From the human T2T-CHM13v2.0 reference genome, Homo sapiens: a stretch of 64,000 nucleotides of DNA. This document shows positions 44,136-56,965 of this stretch, in pieces. The notes beneath the pieces are model-generated. The model did not search any database. It saw only the letters and a list, made by a program, of their open reading frames with translations, and was not told the origin of the DNA. Positions within the stretch are counted from its first letter, which is position 1. Each line of letters starts with the position of its first letter. The position numbers were made by a program, and so were the translations under genes. Location of the stretch: assembly GCF_009914755.1 (NCBI RefSeq), contig NC_060934.1. One strand, written 5' to 3'.

Positions 44136-44705
44136 AAGCTTTATTGAGATAAAGATAAATGAGCTAAATTCACCTACCATGAAATCAACCCCTTGAGTGC
44201 AGAATTTTGTGGTTTATAATATGTTCACAGAATCACACAAACAAGACAGGTATCTAGATACTTTCAGACCATTTTCATCAGTCCACAAGAAACCTCATAC
44301 CCATTAGCAGTCATCCTTGTTCCCTTTTCCCCTAGTCCCTGGCAATAACTAGCCTACTTTCTGTCTCTGAGTTTAGCTCTTCTGGAGGTTTCACAGAATG
44401 AAATCTTACTACATATGGTCTTTTGTGATTGACTTATTTCACTTGGCACAGTGTTTTCAAGGTTTATCCATGCTGTAGCGTATATCAGCACTTCATTTTT
44501 TTAATGCTGAGTAATCTTTTGAATGGATGTACCATATTTTATCAGTTCCTCTGTTGATAAGCACTTGAGCTTTTTTTCCAATTTTTGGCTATTATGCACA
44601 ATGCTGCTGTGAACATTTGTGTACAAATTTTAGTGTGGATGTATATTTTCATTTCCCTTGGTTGTATCACTAAGGAATACACTATCTGGGTCATATGATA
44701 ATTGT
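44136..44705 (-). mobile_element. Old L1M 3' end
   Basis: AGCTTTATTGAGATA..., CCATTAGCAGTCA..., GGTTTATCCATGCTGTAGC..., GCTGCTGTGAACATTTGTGTACAAATTTTAGTGTGGA. Confidence 0.8.
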
Positions 44706-44710
44706 TTAAA

Positions 44711-44990
44711 ACTACAGGCACGTGCCACCACACCTGGCAAATATTTAAAATTTTTTTTGTAGATAAAGGGTCTCACTATGTTGCCCAGGCTGACCTTGAA
44801 CTCCTGGCCTCAAAAGATCCTCTCACCTCAGCCTCCCAGAAAGTGTTGGGATTACAGTTGTGAGTCACTGCACCTATAAAAGAGGCTCATACCTCTTTTT
44901 ACGTATTTTTTTTTTTTGAGACAGTGTTTCACTCTGTTGCCCAGGCTGGAGTGCAGTGGTGGGATCACAACTCAATGCAGCCTGGACCTC
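44711..44990 (-). mobile_element. Two partial Alu fragments
   Basis: Left-arm piece 44711-44875 and right-arm piece 44905-44990, both abruptly truncated. Confidence 0.8.
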
Positions 44991-44994
44991 ACTC

Positions 44995-46180
44995 CATATG
45001 ATTCTAGTTGTGGGTGTCTTTCCTGTAGTTTTTATTATGTTGTGGTATGTTTCTTCTGTACCTGTTTCTTTAAGGATTAATAGCATGAAGGGATGTTGAA
45101 TTTTATCAAATACTTTTTCAGTTTCAGTTGACATGATCATACTGTTTTTGTCATTTATTTGGTTGATATGATGTATCACATTGTATGTTAAGTGACCCAT
45201 GCATCCCAGGGATACATCCCATTTGATCATGATGAATTATCTTTTTAATGTATTACTGAATTTGATTCACTGGTATTTTGTTGAGGATTTTTGCATCAAT
45301 ATTAGAGATACTGGCCTGTAGTTTCCTTCTTTGATGCCTTTGTCTGATTTTGGTATCAAAGTAATAATGGTCTCATAGAATAAGTTTGGAAGTATTCCCT
45401 CCTGTTTTTCAAAATAGTTGCAGTAGGATTCGTACTAGGTCTTTAAACTGTTTGGTGTGAAGCCATCAGCAGTGAAGACATCAGTTCCTGGGCTTTTCTT
45501 TACTGGGAGACTTTTTCTGATGGCTTCAATCTCATTACTTGTTACCGATCTGTTCTGGTCTTGGATGTTTTCATTGTTCAACCTAAGTAGGTTGTATGCA
45601 TCTAGGAATTTGCCAATTTCTACTAGGCTTTCCAATTTATTGGCATATAATAGCCAGTTATGATCCTTTGAATTTCTGAACTATTAGTTGTAATGTCTCT
45701 TTTTTATCTGTTGATTTTATTTATTTGAATCTTGTCTCTTTTTTCTTAGTTAGCCTGGTTAAAAGTTTGTCAATTTTGTTTTGCTTTCCAGAAAACCAAC
45801 TTTTCATTTAATCTTGTGTGTTTTTTCTTTCAATTTTATTTCTGCTACGATCTTATTTATTTTCTTATTTTCGGTTTAGTTTGTTCTTATTTTACTAGTT
45901 CTTTAAGATGTATTGTTTACTTGAAGTTTTTCTTTTGTTTGGATGGTATGCACTTATAGCTGTAAATCTCCGCCTTTGTACTGCTTTCTGCGTAACAAGT
46001 TTTGGTATACTGTGTTTTCTTTACCCTTTGTTTCATGAAATTTTTGAATTTCTGTCTTAATATCTTCATTGACCCGCTAGTCATTTATTCAGGAGGGTAG
46101 TGTTTAACTTCCATGTGATTGTATTGTTTCCAAAATTACTCTTCTTATTGATACCTAGTTTTATTCCTTTGTAGTCAAAG
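44995..46180 (-). mobile_element. Decayed L1 ORF2 fragment
   Basis: Minus-strand ORFs 44874-45230 (VFDKIQHPFML) and 45435-45635 (KFLDAYNLLRLN...EIEAIRKSLPVKKSPG) are ORF2p-like. Confidence 0.85.
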
Positions 46181-47470
46181 AAGATGGCCACAGAGACAGC
46201 AGCGTGGTCAGAGTGGTAGGAGCCAGCCATCGGCGAGAGCTGCTTCGTGCCTGGCCTGCTGGGTGCTAGAGCCTGTGGCCCACTGGCTTGCCTCACTGTG
46301 GTTGGTGGTGGCAGTGACAGAGACTGCAGCACGACCAGAGTGGTAGGACAGGGGCTATCCAGGGCTGCACCTTTCGCAGTGTGGGGTGGGTTGGGGGCGC
46401 TATCCAGGGTGTCATTGCCTGCATTATGGCTACTGGTTGGTAGCACTGTACAGGGCTGCACTGCCTATGGCAGGGAGGGTGGGTTATGGGCACTTTCTGG
46501 GGCTGCAATGCCCATAGAGTAGGACAGGTTAGGGCACTATTGGGTATACGCTATTTGTGGCATTGGGGGACGGAGGTGGGGGGCGCTATTGAGGGCAGGA
46601 CTAGCCGTGAAGGGCGGGCGAGTTCGTTGCTATCAGGGACTGCACTGCTGGCGGCGGTCAGCAGAGTTGGCATCCAAGGAAGGAGTGGTTCTCCTCTCCC
46701 TGACTCCACACTCCAGAGGGCGACCAACTCTTGGTCATACTGGAGTGTGGCAGGCGTGCAGTGTTTGCGTGGGAATCCTGAGCATGACAGAGCCCCCACA
46801 CCCACCATGGTTCCTGGGCCTGTGCACTCTGGGTCTGTGCCTCAGAGGCTGCCAGGCACCCCTGGAGACACCATGGGGGACAGGGCCCTGTGTGTGGAGG
46901 CATCCGGAACAGGAATTGGCACCTGGGTGCGGAGGGCTGGCTGGGTGTGAATTTTTCTGCTTCTCCTGCTCCCTGAGGAGTGCAGCCCTGGTGGGCCCAA
47001 TGGTTCCTGTGGAGTGGGGAGCTGGGTGCTGTGGTGTCTCCAGCACCCACCCCAGACCCCAGTTCCCGGAGAGCTTGGGCCAAAAGGAGAGGCTGGACTT
47101 TGGAGGGTGGGTGTGAGTGCCTTTGTTGAAACTGGCCCCTGCCACCCAGTGGCCAGCATGACAAGTTGAGGCTCTAACCCTTCCACCCCTCACATCTTCC
47201 TCTAGGCTTTTCTGGCTTTGCCCGCCCAGCTGCTCCATGCCAGGAGGAGGAGGAGACACCTAGAGCCTGCGACACCACGACTCGCCTCGCTGCGGGAGGG
47301 TGGCAGCGATGGAGACTGCAGTGCGCCAGAGCGGTAGGAGAGCGGTCGTGCTAGGAGGGCAGGCGGCTGCAGCCAGGGTTGGGGATCAGGCTTACAGTGA
47401 TGGACGAGCTGCAACAGTGGCCAGGTGGTAGGAGCCTTGTAGGGAGGGCTGGTGCATTGGCAATGGGCCT
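46180..47470. repeat. GC-rich REP522-like pericentromeric/subtelomeric repeat
   Basis: GC-rich with a recurring motif GAGAC(T)GCAG...CAGAG(T/C)GGTAGGA at about 46193, 46320 and 47311, and GGGCTATCCAGGG-type subrepeats. Family name is from recall only. Confidence 0.55.
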
Positions 47471-50400
47471 GGCTTTGTCCTTTCTTGCGCTGTAACTGCC
47501 CTACTGTTACCTGGACTGTCTTGGCCCTGTCCTGCTCTGGTCCCATCCTGACCCTGTCTTGGCCCTGTGCTACCGTGTCCCTGCCCTGGTCTTGCCCTGG
47601 CAGTGGCCCTGCCCTGAACCTGCACTGGCCTGACCTTGGCTCTGGCCCTGGCTCTGGCCCTGCCCCTTGTCCTGACCCTGGTCATGTCATGGCACTGGCC
47701 CTGCCAGTGGTCATGGTCCTACTCCTGTTCTGGCCCTGACCTGGTCTTGGACATGTCCTGGTCTTGCTTTGGCCCATCCCTGCCCTGGCCCCACCATAGG
47801 CCTGCCTGTTCTGCCCTCTCCTGGCACTGACCTTGCCCTGTCATGGCCCAGTGGTGCCATTGCCCTGCCTTACGCTGCGATGGTTGTGCCTTGGCCCCGC
47901 TTGGTGCTGGCCGCTCCCTGGACCTGCCCAGACCCTGCCTCGACTTTTGCCCTGCCCTCACTTTGGCCTGGCCCTGGCCCTAGCCCTGGTCCTGCCATAT
48001 CCCTGGCCCTGCCCTTATCCAGGCCCTGCCCCTGCTGCTGCCCTGGCCCTGGCCTGGAACCTGGTCCTGTCAAGGACCTGCCCTGACTCTGCCATGGCCC
48101 TGGCCCTGCTCTGCCTTGTTCCTGGCCCTGACCCTTTCCTGGCTCTGCACTGGCCTTTCCCTGGCCCTGAGCTGGCAGTGGTCTGCCCCTGGTCTTGCCA
48201 TCACCCTGCCCTGCTGTGCTCTGGATGTGTCATCACCCTGCCCTGGCCCTACTCTGTCTTTGACCCTGCCCTGGCCTTACCTTGGCCCTCACCCTAGTCT
48301 TCACTAGGCCCTGCTCTGGAGCTGGCCCTAGCACAGACCTGGCCCTGACCCTGGCCCTGGTCTTTGTCCTGCCATAGCTCTGGCCCTGAAGTGGACTTGG
48401 AGGTGTCCTGGCCCCGGCATAACATGGCTCTGCATTGGCCTGTCCCTGCCCTGCCCCTACCATCGCCTTGCCCTGCTCTGCCCTGTCCCAGTACTGACCC
48501 GGCCATGTAATTTCCCTGCCCTACCCTGCCTTGGCTGTGCCCTGGCTCAGTTCTGGCCCTGGCCCCAGCCCTGCCCCGGACATGCTCTGACACTGTCTCA
48601 GCCTTGGCACTAGCCTGGCTCTTTCTTGGCATCAGCCCTGCTCTCTGTGGACCGGCTCTTGTCCTGTCCTGCACTGGCCATACCATGCCCTGCCCTGCCC
48701 TGCCCTGACTCAGCCCTGGCCCAGCCCTGGCCCAGCCTTGGCCTTGGCATTACCCCTGGTCATGCCATATTTCTTGCCCTGTCCCTACCCTGGCCTTGGC
48801 CCTGACCCATACCTTGCTCTGGCCCTGCCCTTGCCCTAACGCAGCCCCTGGCCCTGTCATGGCCCTGCCCTGGACCTGTCCTGGCCCTGGCCCTTCCCTG
48901 CTTGAGACAATGCCCTGGTTCTCCCCTGGCCCTGACCCTGAAATGCCTGGCCCTACCCTGGCCTTGCACTGCTCTGGCCCTTGCCCTGACTCTGGTCCTG
49001 TCACTGGCCTAGCCCCAGCCCTGTTGCTGGTCTTACCATGCCCCTGACCCTGCCTTGGCCCTGCCCTGACACTGTCCTGGACCCTGGCTGTGCCAAGATC
49101 CTGCACTGTCCTTGTCCTTGTTTTGCTCCTGCCCCAAACCTGGTCCTGCCCAGGCCCTGGCCCTGGCCCTGCCCTGGCTGTTCCCTGGCCCTGCCCAGGT
49201 CTTGGCACTGGCCTGGCCCTTCCCTGCCTTGGCCCTATGCTTTCCTGGCCCTGCCTTGCCGGCCCTGGTCCTGCCTTGGCCCTAGCCTGGCTTTGACCCT
49301 GCCCTGGCCCTACCTTGGCCTTCACCCTAGCCTTACCTGGGCACTGTGTTGGACCTGGCCATAGCACAGACCTGGTTGTGGCCCTGGCCCTGCCATGGCC
49401 CTGTCCCAGACCCTAGCCCTGCCAGGTACCTGTCCTGGCCCTGCTCTGGGCCTGGCTTTGTCCCTGGTTCTTAGATGACCCTGGCCCTGTCCCTGCCCTT
49501 GTCCTTGCCCTGGCACTGGCCTTGGACATATCCGTGGTCCTAACCCTGGCCCTGCCCTGGAGCTGCCACTGTCTTTGCCCTGCCCTGGCTCTGGCCCTGC
49601 CCCAGCCCTTGCCCTGCCCCGGCCCCAGCCATAGACCTGCCCTGGTTGGTCGTGCCCTACCTTAACCCTGTTCTACCCTGGGCCTGCTCCACCCTGCCCT
49701 TGCCCTGCCCTCCGTTTGGCCCTGCCCTGATCCCACCTTGGCCCTCACACTGGCCCTAGCACAGAACTGGTCCTATCTGTGGTTTGGCCTGGCATTGACC
49801 CCTGCTCCTGACCCTGGTCCTGCCATGGCCCTGGCCCTGCCAATGACCCTGACAGCCCTGGCCCTGGCCCTGTCTTAGTCCTGGCCCTGAACTGGCCCTG
49901 CCCTGACCCTGGCCCTGAAGTGGATTTGCAGGTGTCTTGTCCCTGATTTAACCTGGCCCTACCATGGCCCTGTCCCTCCCCTGGCTCTGTCCTGGTCTTG
50001 TGCTGACCCTGACCCAGACCTTGGCCCTGCCCCAGCCTTGTCCTTGGCCTGGCCATGGCCCTGCCTCTGCCCTGGACCGGTGCTGGCACTGGCATGGACC
50101 CTGGCCCTGGCCCTTCACTACTTAAGGCCATACCCTGGCCCAGCCCTGGTCCTCACCCTGTCCTGGCCCTAATTTGGCCTGGCTCTACCCTGGCATGCTA
50201 TTCTGGCCCTAGCCCTGACCCTGTCCCTGTCCCTGTCCCTGTCCTGGCCCTAGCCTGGTTGCTGGTTCGGCCATGGCTCTTATCCTGACATTGCCCTTTC
50301 CTGGTCCTGGCCCTGGCGCTGTCACAGCCCTGCTCTGGCCCTGGTCTCAACCCTGGCCCTGCAATGGACCCTCCTTGGTCCTGCCCAGACCCTGGTTCTG

Positions 50401-53400
50401 GCCCTACCTCTGTCCTGGCCATACCCTTGCCCTGGCCTGGACCCCGGTCCTGGTCCTTGTCCTGCCCCAGGCGTGGCCCTGGCCCTGCCCTGCCTGTGCC
50501 CTGTTCTATCCTGGGCTGGCCCTGCCATGGCCTGGTCTTGCCATTGCCCTGCCCTAACCTGCCCTGCTTGTGCCCTAGATCTGCCCCGGCCTTTGCCCTG
50601 TCTTTGTTCCAGCCTTGACTCAGCCCTGGACATTCCCTGACCTTGCCTCAGCCCTGGCACTACACTGGCCTTGCCTTGGCATTTGCCCTACTCTCTCTAT
50701 GGCCTGGCTCTGGTCCTGCCCTGCTCTGCTCTTGTTCTGTCCTGACACAGCCCTGGCCCTGGCCCTGGCCCTGGCCCTGCCATATCACTGGCTCTCGTCC
50801 AGCCCTTATGCAGGCCTGACCCTGCCCCTGCCTTCGCTTTGGCCTGGACCTAGGCCATACAGTGACCCTGCCATGACCCTTTCCTGGCCCTGGCCTGGAA
50901 CCTGGACCTGCCAAGGACTCGCCCTGGCTCTGTCATGTCCCTGGCCTTTTCCTGGATTTGGATGTGTCGTGTCCCTTATTTGCCCCGACCCTTCCCTGGC
51001 TCTGCCATACCCCTTCTCTGGGGTAGGGCCAGGGTCAGGACCAGGGTAGGGCCATGGTAAGGCCTGAAGATGGGAAGGGCCAGGGCAGCGGCAGGACCAG
51101 GGAAGGGTCAGGGCCAGGGATGTGGTAGGACTAGGGGCGGAGCCGGCACTAGGGCTGAGCCGGGCAGAGCAGGGGAGCTTACATTAGGCTATTACGTAAA
51201 ATTTTTATTTTTGATTTTTAAGATAACTATAGTAGTGGTAATAATGTCTCTACTATGTTGTTTGTAATAGTAATAATATTTACAGTAAATAATCACTAAA
51301 TTTTAACTAATACTATCTCTGCTTCCAGTACTGTTCTATGAGTATAATTTTATCAATATGTAAATATGTGAGGCATTGATTCTCACAATAATTCTATGTG
51401 CTAGGTACTTAAAGCATCCCCATTTTCCAAATGTAGGAAACAGCCATAAAGAAGTTAAATACTTGGCCAGATTACTCCTGTAATCCCAGCACTTTGGGAG
51501 GCCAAGGCAGGCAGATGGCTTGAGCTCAGGAGTTTGGAACCAGCCTGGGCAACATTGTGAAACCCCATCTCTACTAAAAATGCACAAAAAGAGCTGATTT
51601 AAGTTTCTTGTAGGATTCTGGTTATAAAACACTGGTCAAACACATAGGGCATGGATAGGGCAGGGCCAGGGACAAGGTCAGGTCAGGAAGGGGCCAGGGC
51701 CAAGGCAGGGCTAGAGCTGGACTTGGAGGTGTCCTGGTCTGATTTGCCCTGCCTCTACATTGGCCCAGCCCTGGTCTGGCACTTCCTGTCATGCCCTGTC
51801 CCTGGCCTGAGCATTGACTCTGGCCCTGTCCTGCTTCTGGCCCTGCCCCGGAGTTGACCAGACACTGCCATGGCCCAGCCCTGCATTGCCCTGCCCTCCC
51901 CTGCCCTGGTGCTGCCATGGCCCTGCTTGGGCCGTAGCTCTGCCTCAATTCTGAACCCGCCCTGACTCTGCTCAGCTCTGGATCTACCCTGACTCTGCCT
52001 TGGAGTTGCCCTCCCATCTCTATGGCCTGGCTCTGGCCCTGCCTTGCACAGGCCATGCTCTGCCCTGTGTGTCCCAGCCAGGGCCCAGCCCTTGCCCTAC
52101 CATATTCCTGACCCCAGTCGTACCCTTGTTCTGGCCTTGACCCTGCTGTGGCACTCTCCTGGCCCTTCCTTGGTCCTGCCCTGCCCTTCCATGCCCTGGC
52201 CTTGCCCTCACCCTGCACTGGTCCTGCCCTGCCCTGGCAGTGCCTTGACCCCGGCCCTGCCTTCTCCCTGGCCTTGCCCTTTCCCTGCCCTGGCCTGACC
52301 CCAGGCCTATCGAGTCCATGAAATGACCTTGGACCTGCCTTGCCATCATCTGTCTTGGCCCTGTATTGTCCCCACCATTCTCTGGTCCAGCGCTTACCCT
52401 GGCCCTGTTGCTAGTTTTGCCACTGCTATGGCCCTGCCTTGTTTTTGGCCATGCCCTGTGCTATCTTAGCCCTGCCCCGCCTTGGCCTTGGCCCTACCAT
52501 GGCCTTTTCCTACCCTGGCCTGGCTGTACACTGGCCTTTTCTACCCTGGCCTTGCCCTTCCCTGGTCTTGCCCTGCCCTGGCCTTGCCCTGCCCTGGCCT
52601 CGGCTTTGCCTTATCCTGGTCCTGGTTCTGCCCTGGCCCTGCTGTTTCTCTAGATCCTCTCTGGTTCTGCCTTCTCCCTGGCCCTGTCCTTGCTCTGGCC
52701 CTGTCCCTGGCTCAGCCTTGACCCTGGCCCTGGCCCTGACAATCCCTAGGACCCACACTGGCCATGCTTGTCCCTGGCCCCTCCTTTGGCCCTGCCCTGG
52801 CCCTGTGCTATCTTAGTACAGGGCCTTGGCCTTGGCCCTGTGCTATCTTAGTCCTGCCCTGGCCCTGAACTCACCCTGGCCCTACCCTCACCCTACACTG
52901 GCCCTGCCCTACCATGGCGTTGCCCTGCCCTGGCCCTGCCTTTGGCCTGCCCTGGCTCTGGTTCTGCCCTGGCCTTGCCCTTGCCCTGGACCCTCCCTGG
53001 CCATGTTTTTACCGTGGTCCTTCTCTGGCCTTGTCCTTTCCCTGTCCCCTTTCTGGTTCTGCCATATTTCTGGCCCTGCCCTGTCCATGTTCTGGACCTG
53101 ACTCTGGCCCTGGACCTCCCTGTCCCTGCCCTGCCGTACCCTGGCCCATTCCTTGCTCTACACTGACCCTGCCCTGCCTTGGCCCTGTGCTACCCTAGCC
53201 CTGCCCTGGCCTTCTGCTGGCCCTGATCCTGCCATGGCCCTGGCCCTGTCATGTCCCTGCCCTGGCCCTGGTTCTGCCCTACTTCTGGCCCTGGCCTTTG
53301 TCCTCTCATGTCCCTGGCTGTGACCCTGCCCCTGGTTTTTCTCTGGCCATGACCCTGCCCCGGTTCTGTTCTATCCCTGGCCCTGTCTCAGTTCTGTCCT

Positions 53401-53410
53401 AGCCCTGGCC
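47470..53410. repeat. Degenerate CCCTG/CAGGG (GCCCTG) tandem array, about 6 kb, with an internal inverted block and spacer at 51020-51720
   Basis: Very many GCCCTG/GGCCCT/CCTTG units on +; matches the CAGGG repeat class known at pericentromeric duplication junctions. Confidence 0.9.
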
Positions 53411-53842
53411 TTTCACAGTACTTTGTTCTTAGTAAAGGCTTCATAGTGTCTGTGAGTTTAATGTTGTGTTCATAGTATCTGCCAAAACAGAAAGAAAAAA
53501 AACAAAATCTGATCATGAGAAGTTAAAGCTTTGTATATAATATGCCTTGAATTGTAAGTGCTTGTTATTAGTTGTATTACATATAGGTCATGGTTTTGTA
53601 CACATAACTCTAAACCATTGATACTGTTAAAAGAATATATGAATATATGAAAGAATGTATAAACGTAAGAATGTATGAGTATCTAATGACCTCTCCAAAT
53701 TAATTTTTATTTTTAGCTCTATTAGATTTTTCTCAGTATAACAAATGTTTATTCCTATGTAATTAAGGGCATATTTCCTGTACAGAATATTCATATTACC
53801 TAATTGAAAATTATATAATGTAAAAATATAATACTATTTTTA

Positions 53843-53957
53843 GGCCAGGCATGGTGGCTCATACCTGTAATCCCAACATTTTGAGAGGCCAAGTTTGAAG
53901 AATCATTTGAGTCCAGGAATTGACCAGCGTGGGCAACATAGTGAGACCTTTTCTTTA

Positions 53958-53997
<40 letters not shown>

Positions 53998-54290
53998 ATA
54001 GGTTGGGCACTGTGGCTCATATCTGTAATCCCAGCATTTTGGGTTGCCAGGGCAGGAGGATTGCTTGAGCCCAGGATTTTGAGACCAGCCTGGGCAGCAT
54101 AGCAAGACTCCGTCTCTACTAATAATAAAATATTAGCCAGCTGTGGTGGTGCGCACCTGGGGTCCCAGCTACCTGGGAGGCTAAGGTGGGAGGTTTGCTC
54201 GAGGTTGCAATGAACTGTGAATGCACCACTGCATTCCAGCCTAGGCCACAGAACAGGACCTTGTCTATAAATAAATAAGTAAAAAATATA
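53843..54290 (+). mobile_element. Alu monomer, (TAAA)n, then old Alu
   Basis: GGCCAGGCATGGTGGCTC monomer, TAAA repeat 53958-54000, diverged dimeric Alu from 54001. Confidence 0.85.
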
Positions 54291-54406
54291 ATTAAAAATA
54301 AGTAAAAAGAAATATAAGTAAATATAAATATAAATACATATAAATATAAAAATGAATACATGAAAACAAACAATTTTTAAATTTAACATCACTGAGGGCT
54401 TCCTAT

Positions 54407-56965
54407 CCATTTCATTTCATGATTCCATTACATCATTTCACTTAGATGAAATGATAAGATGACTTGAGATGAGATGAAATGATGAGATGAAATGATGAAA
54501 TGATGAAATGATGAGATGAAATTTTGAGATGAAATGGTGAGTAGAAATGACGAGATGAAATGATGAGATAAAATGACAAAATTGAAAGGAGATGAGATGA
54601 GATGATGGATGAAATGATGAGATGAAACTAGATGAAATGATGAGAAGAAATGATGAGATGAAATAAAATGAAATAATGAAATGAAATGATATGAAATAAT
54701 GAAATTGAAATGAGATAAGATGAGATGATATAATGAGATAAAATGATGAGATGAAATGAGATGAACAATAAGATGAAATGATGAAATGAGATGAGATGAT
54801 AAGATGAAATGATGAGATGAAATGAGATAAAAATGATGAGATGAAAAATGAGATGAAATGAGATGAAATAATGAAATGAGATGAAATGAAATAATGAAAG
54901 GAAATTATGAAATGTAATGATGAAATTGAAATGAGATGAGATGAAATGATGAAATGAGATGAGATGAAATGAGATGAAATGATGAGATGAAATGAGATGA
55001 GATGAGATGAAATGATGAGATGAAATGAGATGAAATGAAATGAGATGAAATGAGATGTAATGAAATGAGATGAAATGAAATGACATAATGAAATGCAATA
55101 ATGAAATGAGATGAAATGCAATAATGAAATGATGAAATGAAATGATGACATAATGAAATGGCAATGATGGGATGAGAAGAAATGATGAGATGAAACGATG
55201 AAATGATGAGATGAGATGAAATGAGATTAAATGATGAGTTTAAATGATGAGATGAGATGTGATGAAATGATGACATGATATGATGACATGAAATCAGTTG
55301 AAATAATGAGATGAAATGAGATGAAATGATGAGATGAGATGAAATGTGTTGAGATGAAATGACATAATGAAATAAAATAATGAAATGAAATGATGAAATG
55401 GAATAATGAAATGGAAATGATGAGATGAGATGCAATGAGTTGAAATGATGAGATGAAAAGATGAGATGAGACGAGATGTGATGAAATGATGACATGAAAT
55501 GACATAAGATGAGATGAAATAAGATGTAATTATGAAACGAGATGAGATGAAATGAGATGAAATGATGAGATGAGATGAAATGAAATGGTGACATAAAATG
55601 ATGATATGAAATGATGATATGAAATGATATGAATGATGAGATGAAATGATGAGATGAGATGACGAAATGATGAGATGAAATGATGAGATGAAATGAAATG
55701 AAATGAAATAATGAAATAATGAGATGAAATGAAATGAAATAATGAAATGAAATGAAATGAAATTGAAATAAAATTGAAATGAGATGAGATGAAATGATGA
55801 GATGAAATGATAAGATGAAATGAGATGAAATGATAAGATGAAATGATGAAATAAAATGATGAAATGATGAGATGTGATGAGATGAAATGATGAGATGACA
55901 TGACATGAAATAATGAAATGAAATAATGAAATGAAATTGAAATGAGATGAGAAGATATGAGGAGATGAAATGATGAGATGAAATGAAATGATGCGATAAG
56001 ATGAAATGAGTTGATGAAATGATGAGATGAAAAGATGAGATGAAATGATGACAAGAAATGAAATGAAATGATGAGATGAAATGAAATTAGATGCAATGTA
56101 ATGAGATGAAATGAAATGACATAATGAAATGAAAAAATGAAATGAGGTGAAATTAAAAGAGATGATGAAATTAAATGATGAAATGATGAAATGGAAATGA
56201 AATGGAAATGATGAGATGAGATGAAATGACGAGATGAAATGACGAGATGAAAAATGATGAGATGAAATGATGAGATGAATTGAAATGAGATGAAATGAAA
56301 TAATGAAATAATGAAATGAGATGAAATGAAATGATGAAATGAAATGATATTGAAATGAAATTGAAAGATGAGATGAGATGAAATGATAAGATGAAATGAT
56401 GAAATGTTGAAATGAAATGATGAAATGAAGAGATGTGGTGAGATGAAATGATGAGCTGAAATGATGAGACAAAATGAAATGAGATTAAATGAGTTGAAAA
56501 ATGATGAGATGAAATGATGAGATGAAATGAGATGAATTGAGATGAGATGAGATGAAATAATGAAATTAGGTGAAATAATGAAATGAGATGAAATGAAATA
56601 ATGAAATGAAATTGAAATGAGATGAGAAGAAATGATGAGATGAAATGTTGAAATGAAAGGAGGAAATGATGAGATGAAATGAATTGAGATGAAATGATGA
56701 GATGAAAAATGATATGAAAAATGATGAGATGAAATGAAATGAGATGATATGAAGTGACGTAATGAAATAAATGAAATTAGATGAAATGAAATGAAATAGT
56801 GAAATGAAATGATGCAATGAAATAATGAAAATGAAATGGAAATGAGATGAGATTTGATGAAATGATGAGATGAAATGATGAGATGATATGATGAGATGAG
56901 ATAAAATGAGATGAAATGATGAAATGAGATGAAATGATGAGATGAAATGATGAGGTGAAGTGATG
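54407..56965. repeat. Satellite-like low-complexity array of GAAAT/GAGAT/GAT/AAT units
   Basis: About 2.5 kb; plus strand almost free of C; first ~35 bp are in the opposite orientation. Confidence 0.93.

Noticed and set aside
46081-53198. Dozens of P/G/A/L/W-rich ORFs on both strands
   Set aside because: Produced by GC-rich tandem repeats; no domain signal or splice structure.
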